From Vitrella brassicaformis CCMP3155 (lineage: Eukaryota; Protista; Chromerida), in contig CDMY01000906.1 in the NCBI GenBank assembly GCA_001179505.1, positions 1-11,690 on the forward strand: a DNA stretch of 11,690 nt. Direction: 5' to 3'. Within the stretch, counting starts at the first letter, position 1. The number at the start of each line of letters is the position of its first letter. Positions 1 to 8,100 of the stretch are shown here, piece after piece. A model generated the notes under the pieces. The model saw nothing but the letters and a program-made list of their open reading frames with translations, was not told where the DNA came from and ran no database searches. Both the position numbers and the translations under genes were made by a program.

Positions 1-1665
1 TACGTGATGGTGACCTATGCGGTTGGCAAGGCGGGCATCCGGCAGGAGGCCTTCCTCGACTGGATGGCCGAGCGGCTGCTTGAGAGGCTGCCCGAGCTCC
101 CACCCGAGACGCTGGGCGTCATTGTCAACGCATATGCGAGGCTCGATCGGTTCCATTCCGCCCTCTTTAAGGCCATCAGCGAGCGCGTTGTCGCGGGCGA
201 TGTCGAGGAGCTCAACCCCGTTTCGGTCACGCAGCTGGTCAACGGCTACGCGAGAGTGGAGTGCTTCGATGCGGCGCTCTTCAAGGCGCTGGCTCGGCGG
301 ATCCACGCCCTGCTGGACCACTTCTCTGCGCAGTCTTTGAGCAACATTGTGCATGGGTATGCGCGTCTGAAGATCCAGGACGTCAAGCTGTTTGTGGCTG
401 TGGCGCGTGTGATTCCCAAGCGGCTGGGTGAGTTTGAGCCGCAGGCCATGGCGATTACTGCCCATGCCTACGCCAAGCTCATGATCCGGTCGGAGATATT
501 GTTCCACCTCCTGGCCAACGAGATACTCAACAAACTGCCCCTCTTCACCGGTCACTCACTGAGCGAACCGAACCACACAAACCAAGCCACACATCTGTGT
601 GTGTGTGTGTGGGTGTGGGTGTGGGTGTGGGTGTGTCTGTCAGGTCAGGGTCTTGGTTTGGTGCTCTACTCCTACGCCCGTCTGCACATCGCCAACGCCA
701 AGCTCATCAGCGCCTCGCTCCGCTTCCTCAAACACCAAATCGACGAGCTCTCCCGGCTAGAGATCCTCACCATCCGCCACGCCCTCCGCAATCTGGGCGT
801 CCTCGACGAGGCCCTGCAGTCGGCGCTTGAGAAGCGGCTGGCCGAGATGACGCCTTTCCAGCCGTTCGAGGCGCTTAACGAGGACCTGCTGCAGAGTCTC
901 GCCAACCGATCTGAGGAGGAGGAGGACACTCTGGTGCGGATGGAGGAGGGAGAAGGGGAGGCTGACGGATGGGTGGAGCGGCAGCCTCCTCTCAGACAAC
1001 GCAAGTACGCTGCTGCTGCTGCTGCCGGGGGTGGCGGTGGTGTTGGGGGTGAGGATGCGTCAGGAGAGATTCCGGTGGTCGTCTCCCGCTCTGGCGGCCG
1101 CAAATCGTCACGGAGGGCCGCTGTGGAGATGCCCGACCCCGCAGAAGACGACCCCTCGCACACGCCCAGCATTGTCGACATGTGGCGCCTCGGCGACAGC
1201 GAGTTCAGCCGAGCCCTGGACAGACCCACCCCGCCGTCAGCCATCCGCACGTGGGCACAGCAGCAGCAGCAACAGCAAGGGGCAGCAGCACAGACGACGG
1301 GAGACACCGACACCCCACACCCAGGCCCCCAGCCGACACAGGGCAGCATCATGATGGACGGAATGGCCGGCCGCAAGCACAGAAAACGGCCCCAGAGGCT
1401 GTTCGGCCCTGCTGATGTAAAGGTGCATGATAGTGTCGGTGTCGGTGTCGGCGTGGGTGCAAAGGGGTTGGAGGAGCATCCTCCTCCGCGAGTGGGTCCT
1501 ATTGGTCAAGAGGAGGAGGGTTACGACGATACGACGTGGGAGGGCGGGTATGAGGACGTTGTTGGTGCCGATATGGGTGTGGGCGGTGCGAGGGGTGGTG
1601 TTGGGGGTACTGACAGGGGGAGGGGCAGGAAATCGGCAAGGGGGAGGAAGGTAGATGGGATGTGA
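1..1665 (+). CDS. 5'-partial heptatricopeptide-repeat (HPR)-like helical repeat protein, probable organellar RNA-binding protein. Exons <1..550 and 644..1665; intron 551..643
   Basis: The frame is open from base 1. Tandem units such as NPVSVTQLVNGYARVECFDAALFKALARRIHALLDHF, SAQSLSNIVHGYARLKIQDVKLFVAVARVIPKRLGEF and EPQAMAITAHAYAKLMIRSEILFHLLANEILNKLPLF are each 37 aa (one earlier unit is 38). Removing the 93-nt GT..AG intron 551..643 (gtcact...ctgtcag, TG-rich) restores a 37-aa unit starting TGQGLGLVLYSYARL. A low-complexity tail follows, ending in TGA TGA at 1663..1668. A further intron 1651..1748 is possible. Confidence 0.8.
   Translation, partial: YVMVTYAVGKAGIRQEAFLDWMAERLLERLPELPPETLGVIVNAYARLDRFHSALFKAISERVVAGDVEELNPVSVTQLVNGYARVECFDAALFKALARRIHALLDHFSAQSLSNIVHGYARLKIQDVKLFVAVARVIPKRLGEFEPQAMAITAHAYAKLMIRSEILFHLLANEILNKLPLFTGHSLSEPNHTNQATHLCVCVWVWVWVWVCLSGQGLGLVLYSYARLHIANAKLISASLRFLKHQIDELSRLEILTIRHALRNLGVLDEALQSALEKRLAEMTPFQPFEALNEDLLQSLANRSEEEEDTLVRMEEGEGEADGWVERQPPLRQRKYAAAAAAGGGGGVGGEDASGEIPVVVSRSGGRKSSRRAAVEMPDPAEDDPSHTPSIVDMWRLGDSEFSRALDRPTPPSAIRTWAQQQQQQQGAAAQTTGDTDTPHPGPQPTQGSIMMDGMAGRKHRKRPQRLFGPADVKVHDSVGVGVGVGAKGLEEHPPPRVGPIGQEEEGYDDTTWEGGYEDVVGADMGVGGARGGVGGTDRGRGRKSARGRKVDGM
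596..636 (+). repeat. (TG)n/(TGGGTG)n intronic microsatellite
   Basis: tgtgtgtgtgtgtgtgggtgtgggtgtgggtgtgggtgtgt just upstream of the acceptor at 643. Confidence 0.9.
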
Positions 1666-1832
1666 TGATGCGCTGAGGGTTCAGTCATGGCCACTGGTGG
1701 GTGATGTGATGTGATGTGGTGTGATGTGCTGTGTGTCACTTGTGTCAGTCAGTCATATCATCGGGCGAGAGATGCGATGCGGCGATGCGTATTCGTGTGG
1801 CTCTTCTGAGAGGATGACTGACCCACATACTT

Positions 1833-1864
1833 GGCAGGCAGGCAGGCAGGCAGGCTGGCTGGCA
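1833..1864 (+). repeat. (GGCA)5(GGCT)n microsatellite in the intergenic/3'-UTR region
   Basis: ggcaggcaggcaggcaggcaggctggctggca seen directly. Confidence 0.85.
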
Positions 1865-2232
1865 GATGAATGACACGACTGACTGACACGTATTGCAATT
1901 ATTCAGAAAAGGAAAGCCTAACGAAAAGAATAAGTATCCAACCAATGCATGGCTAGTGCTCACTGTACTGGGTCTGGTCCGGTCTGTCATGCACTGCCCT
2001 GCACGCACACCGCATATATCGGTACTCAACACGAAATGTCGGACAAACAGCCGTATACACCGTTCCTGGCACACACAAGAAGGGCCGATTGAGACCAATT
2101 CCCGCCCGCATTCACGAGCCAGTCAGCGCCTTCGCGGCTCGGGAAAATCTCATCTCCGCGAGGGGTCGCACACAGCCGGACAGCCGGGGAGAGAGAGGGC
2201 TCAATAGCGGCAAACTGAATGCCGCACACACA

Positions 2233-2266
2233 CATCCATCCATCCATCCATCCATGCATCCATCCA
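2233..2266 (+). repeat. (CATC)n microsatellite inside a probable - strand 3'-UTR intron (2215..2307)
   Basis: An imperfect catc array. On the - strand it is bounded by donor gtgagg (2307) and acceptor attcag (2215). Confidence 0.8.
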
Positions 2267-2437
2267 TGTGTGCCCTCCCTGTCTGCTCCCTCCCTCCCTC
2301 CCCTCACCATAAATCGGTCGACCCATGCGCATCATGTGAGTCATGACCAGTGCGCGGAAACGAAGCGAAAAAAGATAAACACGGCCACTCTAAGGTCATC
2401 CATCCTAGGGGCTCTGGTTGGCACCGCTGGCAGCACC

Positions 2438-3231
2438 TCATCGGCGGCGCCGCAGTGATCCGCCGGCATCCCTTTGCCTCTGCCTAATGGTTCGTTGGTC
2501 CTGTTCAGCCCTCTCCTGCTGTCGTTGCCGCTGCAGTCTCTCCGCCTCAGCATTTTTCCTTCGATCGGGGTTACCGCGGTCAAGGAAGGCGCCTGCACCA
2601 CCTCCTTCGAAGCTGCTCAAGCGACTGCACACACAATGAAGTGGGTCCCTCGCAGTACTGTGCTGTGCGCTGTGCGTGTGCGCGTGTTGTCACTGACGCG
2701 ACGAAGTGGTCGGCTCGGCACCAGTTGAAGGCCCAGGGCCCGTCGGTTACCCGGTCATTCGTGTACAACGGCTGCAATGCACCCAACCGTTCCAACACAC
2801 AACAAACATATAGTTGTGTGTGTGTGTGTGTGTGTGTGTGATGTGTGGAATTGGTGTATCGCTCCGCTCACTATAGTGGCCACGGGTAGGCATCGCGCAT
2901 TGGAACGATTCCTATGCCCGCGGTTCAGCAGGATCAGCTGCATCCATCCATCCATCCACACAAACACATCCACACAAACACACACACACATGATGCAGCC
3001 ATCCGCGATCCTGGGCATATCTTCTGTGTGCTCTGCGTGGCCACCTACAGTCGGCAGGATAGGAGGCAACGCAGTAGGACGCCCGCCCTTACCCTTACCA
3101 CCACCTGTACCACCACTGGCACGACTACCGGGACGCTCCACTGGCTGGCCGCACACAGAAGGCACCACCCAGACGACAAGCAGCAGCAGCAGCAGCCAGA
3201 TCACCAAGGCAGCAGAGATGGCAGATGGCAT
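2438..3231 (-). CDS. Hypothetical small secreted or membrane-anchored protein, about 169 aa. Exons 3231..3049, 2937..2872, 2771..2698, 2624..2438
   Basis: The N-terminus MPSAISAALVIWLLLLLLVVWVVPSVCG|QP looks like a signal peptide. The three GT..AG introns (3048..2938, 2871..2772, 2697..2625) have matching phases 0, 0, 2. Internal exons 2 and 3 are open in only one frame, and it is the required one. The product ends in an R/Q/E-rich segment and RRRR*. I recognise no family. Confidence 0.6.
2815..2840 (+). repeat. (TG)13 microsatellite; an AC tract in the 5' half of intron 2 of the - strand orphan gene
   Basis: A perfect dinucleotide run. Confidence 0.95.
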
Positions 3232-3590
3232 CTTTCTACATCTGAAGGGAAGGAAGACACAACAAGGAAGAGAGGTGTGTCTGCCTGCGTATACCGGTGG
3301 GCTTACGGATGCGCCGAGGCCTCCCACCAGCTGCACGCCATCGTTGCACACCCGCCGCAGAAGAGATCTCCATGAACTGCGGCATGGATCGGTAATTTCC
3401 CTCCACGTCGACAGGCTATGCTGATGTGAGCATCGTGACGCCTCGCAACACCGAATTTTGCTCTCTCTTTCCACCCGAGGGGCCGACGATCCACAACATG
3501 AAGCGCGCAAGCGGCCGAGAAGGGAGGAGAGGAAGCGGAAAAGGTGGATAAGTGTGTGTGGTGAGTGATGCGTGATGGGATCTGTATGTG
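3232..3590. promoter_or_regulatory. Probable bidirectional promoter / 5'-UTR region between the divergent orphan gene and ARL5
   Basis: The ATGs at 3231 (-) and 3591 (+) are head-to-head and 359 nt apart. No specific promoter motif was identified. Confidence 0.4.
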
Positions 3591-4699
3591 ATGGGCCTGC
3601 TGGTGTCCAAGCTATGGCAGACTCTCTTCCACAGCCGCGAAGACGTCAAGATTGTCATCGTCGGACTCAACAACGCCGGAAAGACCACCATCCTCTACAA
3701 ACTGTAGGCTGCGCCATTGGCTCACACACAACTAAGGCAGCCAATGACAGCGAAAGAGAGAATAGAGAAAGATCTCAGCGGCTCGTGGAGTGCGATGGTG
3801 ATGGTTGCTCATGCGTCCGTCTGTCTGTTTGAGTGCAGTCATCTGGGCCAGGTAGTGATGACGCAGCCGACCATCGGCAGCAACGTGGAGGAAGTCGTAC
3901 ACAACAAGATTCGATTCCAGGTAGAATGAATGTCACACACCCCCCCCTGAGACCACAGGGATGGATGGACGATAGGGCCTCTGCGTGTGCGTGTGTGTGT
4001 GTGTGTGTGTGAGACAGGTGTGGGACCTCGGCGGTCAGGAGAACCTCCGCGCCACCTGGACCACATACTTCACAAGCGCTGCTGTAAGAGCTGACACATC
4101 ACACACGTCATACGCTCATCTCTCTCTGTGTGTGTGTAGGCGATAGTGTTTGTGGTGGACAGCAACGACCAGGAGAACATGGTGGTCGCCAAAATGGAAC
4201 TCTTCAACGTGCTTCTCAACGACGTAAGGACGCACACACCCACACCCACACTCACCGACAGACAGACATCCGTCCACCCACCCATCCGGCGACACGTCCA
4301 TTCCATTGTCTGTCTGCCTGACATGAATGCCTCTCTGTCTGTGTGTGGGGGTTGGTTGTCAGACGTTGAAGAAGTCGTGTCTGTTGGTGTTTGCGAACAA
4401 GCAGGACATCCAGGGTGCGAGGACGGCCGGCCAGATCTGTGAAGACCTCAACCTGCACTCAGTACGAGACCACGACTGGCACATACAGGTGAGTGACTAA
4501 GCGCATTTATGACGCAGACCTGACACACACGGAAACACACAGAGAGGCAATGGAATGGGTGGTGTGCTCTCTTTGGGTATGTGGCTGGCTGGCTGGCTGG
4601 CTGCAGGCGTGTTGTGCGCTGAGCGGTGAGGGTCTGAAGGAGGGCATGGACTGGATCGCCGCCCGGGTGCTCGCCATGCAGAGCAAACACTACAGATAG
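3591..4699 (+). CDS. ARL5: ADP-ribosylation factor-like GTPase ARL5, 187 aa. Exons 3591..3703, 3839..3920, 4018..4083, 4140..4223, 4363..4488, 4607..4699
   Basis: The spliced product has an MGLLVSK myristoylation-type N-terminus, G1 GLNNAGKT, G2 [10 protein letters not shown]3 WDLGGQE, G4 NKQD and G5 [12 protein letters not shown] and DHDWHIQACCAL match ARL5 rather than ARF1 (PTIGFNVE). All five introns are GT..AG with consistent phases. Total 564 nt = 187 aa + TAG. Confidence 0.92.
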
Positions 4700-5108
4700 A
4701 TAGCACACGAACAGACAGCCACGTAGAGTAGACACAAACCTAGGCAGCTAGACTGTCTTGCGGCCGATTGATTGAGGTGCCTCTTCAGCTGTTTTGTGTG
4801 TTCTGCTCCGGGGAGGGGTCGTGTGGGGTGATTGCGTGAGTTGAGAGCGGCTGCATTCATTGTGTTGTCTTGCTTGGTGCTCTTGGACCACAGGTGATGT
4901 GGATCATCTCACCAGACAGGCAGACAGACACTGACTGACTGACTGACTCGTGGCTTTATTTACTGTGAATGCATTGCATGGCCACCATGGCAGTCCCCCC
5001 ACCCCCCCCACACACATATACGCTTTGTCCCTCCACGATTCGATTCGCACCCTGGATATACACACCACACCCACCACACCACACCACACCACACGTCAAG
5101 TCAGTGAG

Positions 5109-8100
5109 TCAGAACAGCCTGAACGTGGTCGCCGATTCTCGTGCATCATCCGCCCTGCCCGATTCCCCCTCCCCCTCCCCGTCTCTCTCCCTCTCCCTCT
5201 CCCCCTGCCACTCTCTCAGCATGACATCGACAGCGAGGCCCGCCTCGCCCACCACCCACACCGGGCCGCTCACCGCCACATGTTCACCACTCCCGCCGCT
5301 ATTGCTGCTGCCCTTCCGCACCGTCCGCTTGACGTCATCCACCTCTTTGGTGCGCTCGAATGCTGCCCCACAGGGTGGTCCACTGCTGTCGTCTGCTCTG
5401 GGGCTCGGGCGCTGTCTAGTGGGGCCATGGGGATGGGGGATTGGGGTCGTCAGTAGGGACTGACACACACACACAAGAGGTGGTTGTCTGTCTCAGAGAG
5501 CGGCCCCCCCTTCCAGGCCCCGACCTTGGTTGCCAGGAGGAGCCGCCATGCGGAGGTGCGGTTGCCGTTTGCAAGGGTGTGGATGGGGCGGGCCAGGTGG
5601 TGAAGACACAGCAGCTGGAAAGCCACACCTGAACCAACACCAACCAGCGCGGTCAAGACACTGCCTGCCGCTGAGCGAGGGCGTAGGTGTGCGTGTGTGT
5701 GTGTGTGTGTTGTCTGGTCTGACTGTGTCGTGCCTCCAGTTCTTCGCGGGCCGTCTTGCCGTCACGCACACGCTGCCCACCCTGCCATAGACACAGATAC
5801 ACACAAGGAGAGAGAGCAGAAAAATCCAGCGATCCATCCATCGATGCCATCCAAGGCCTGTCTGGCCCTCACACACCCATCCCTCCCTCCCTGCCCCCAC
5901 CATACCGTGTGGTCGATGCGTGCAGCGGCGTAGGCCAGGCTCCCCACCCAATCAACAGCCTTGTCAGCCATCCCCGACCACCATGGCGGCCCCTCACCGT
6001 CACCACCACCCCTCATCACAGCAGCCACACAGCTGCCCACCAGCCTGTCGACGCCCCGCAGTCCACCCGCCGTGTCGAGCAGCCGACCCACAGGCAGCGA
6101 ACCCAGAGAAGAAAGGGACAAAGAAGAAGAGGCCGATGGTGGTGCTGCACCGCTGGCAGCACCCTCCTCGTCTCCCCCATGATGGAACAAGGCTGCCTGG
6201 TGCTCGAGAAGTCGCGTCATGAGATTGTTAGCCTTGTCGTTCTGGTCCCAGTAGTCCACAGAGCGGCACGCCTCCACAGCCACGGCATAGTGCGTGAGGG
6301 GCAGGGACACGGTGGTCCCAGCCCCTTCACTCTGAGCCAGCGATTCCACCAGCACGGCTGTGGCGGCTTGGAAAAGCTGTGGGTGTGGGAACCGCATGCG
6401 GCCGTAGGCTGCCAGGAGGGAGACGACCAGGGAGGGGGAGAGAGGGGAGGGGGAGGGGGNNNNNNNNNNNNNNNNNNNNNNNNNNNNNNNNNNNNNNNNN
6501 NNNNNNNNNNNNNNNNNNNNNNNNNNNNNNNNNNNNNNNNNNNNNNNNNNNNNNNNNNNNNNNNNNNNNNNNNNNNNNNNNNNNNNNNNNNNNNNNNNNN
6601 NNNNNNNNNNNNNNNNNNNNNNNNNNNNNNNNNNNNNNNNNNNNNNNNNNNNNNNNNNNNNNNNNNNNNNNNNNNNNNNNNNNNNNNNNNNNNNNNNNNN
6701 NNNNNNNNNNNNNNNNNNNNNNNNNNNNNNNNNNNNNNNNNNNNNNNNNNNNNNNNNNNGGAGGGGGAGAGAGGGGAGGGGGAGGGGGAGGGGGAGGGGA
6801 AAGGGGGGGCGGTGCTCAGGCGGGCGGCCAGTGTGGCTGAGATGGCGTCGAGCAGCTCTGCATGGAACCGATTGGCTCGGGAGTATGACAGCTGAACACA
6901 CACACACACACACACACAGGGGAGAGGCAATGTGTGTACCTCTGTCTACTGACTGACCACGATCTCTCTGAGGTCGCTGGTGCCAATGCTGTCGACGCCC
7001 TGCCGCACCAGCCACCCCCCAGCCGCGTCGAAGAACTCAGGATGCGACACGTCCAGCCGGCCAAAACCCGACAGTATCGACACCATCGCACACACATCCG
7101 TTGCATCTGCCGGCTCATCTGGGTCGCTCTCATTGGACGGTGCTGCTGCTGCTGCTGCTCTTGTCTGCGGCTGGCGCGATGCCCGCGCTGCCAGTCGTCG
7201 GTGCCGCGGGGAGATGCCAGGGCGTTGTGGTGTGATGGCTGTGTAGATGTGGTGTGCGATGGAGGTGAGGGTGCGGGTGTCGCTGATGCGCAGACGGGCG
7301 TACCTGCAGATGCAGATGAGATGGGAAGGAGACCGACCGACCAGCGTGCAGTGCAGCGAGTGCATGGTGTGTGCTGCTTGTGTGCTGCTGTTTTCATGTT
7401 GCGTCGGGTTTTGTTTGGTGACACAGCTTGCTTACGCAGTGAGGATGGCCGCCAGCTGGGGCAGAGAGAAGTCGCTGACAAGGGGGACAGGGGACAGGGG
7501 AGGGGAGTATAGCATCCGTGGGTGTGCTATAGCGGCTTACGCAATGTTTGCCTTGAGTGCTGCCGCGAGCACATGGAAGGCCGGCTGGTCGCGAAACCGA
7601 AGACGTGCAAAGGATGACGCCAACGCCACCACATCCCTGCACAGACAGCACAACACAACCACCGATGGATGGATGGGATGACACACATCGACCATCGACA
7701 CAGTAAGTAACATCAATGCAGAGTTCTGTCTGACGTGTGTGCGTGTCTGCATTCATCGCTCACACACATTACATTGGCTGTAGTTCCTCGAGAGCAGCAT
7801 GCAGCCATGCAGCCACGAAATGGAGATAAGTCGGATCATGATACCCCAACCTGATCGCACCGCACACGTGGCCAGCCAGCCGCAAAAGACACACACGATT
7901 TCGCCCTTGTCTGTCTGCCGTCATCAATCACCTTGCGAATGCGTCCGTCGCGTTGGCCACATCACGAGCAGTGAGGGGCGCGGCAACGTCAGCCGGATCG
8001 TTGCTGTCACCCGGTGCTGAGCCTGATGGAGCGTATGCGGCCGTGCGGGCAGCAAGACGCTCCTGCAGGAGGCTCGACACAGCAGAGAGGAAACCTACAG

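Noticed and set aside
553-643. CVCVWVWVWV segment as a hydrophobic or Cys-rich protein motif
   Set aside because: It is the translation of an intronic TG repeat; removing it restores the 37-aa period.
1-840. PPR or TPR assignment for the repeats
   Set aside because: The counted period is 37 (sometimes 38), not 35 or 34.
672-1376. 234-aa - strand ORF
   Set aside because: It is the antisense shadow of the GC-rich gene 1 exon; its Cys and Pro runs mirror the CAG and GGN repeats.
2438-2440. TGA readthrough or selenocysteine extending the orphan gene
   Set aside because: Three further in-frame stops (TAG, TGA, TAG) follow within about 50 nt, and no SECIS-like element was evident.
3591-4699. ARF1 or ARL1 assignment
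   Set aside because: PTIGSNVEE and DHDWHIQACCAL fit ARL5 better than PTIGFNVE-type ARF1/ARL1.
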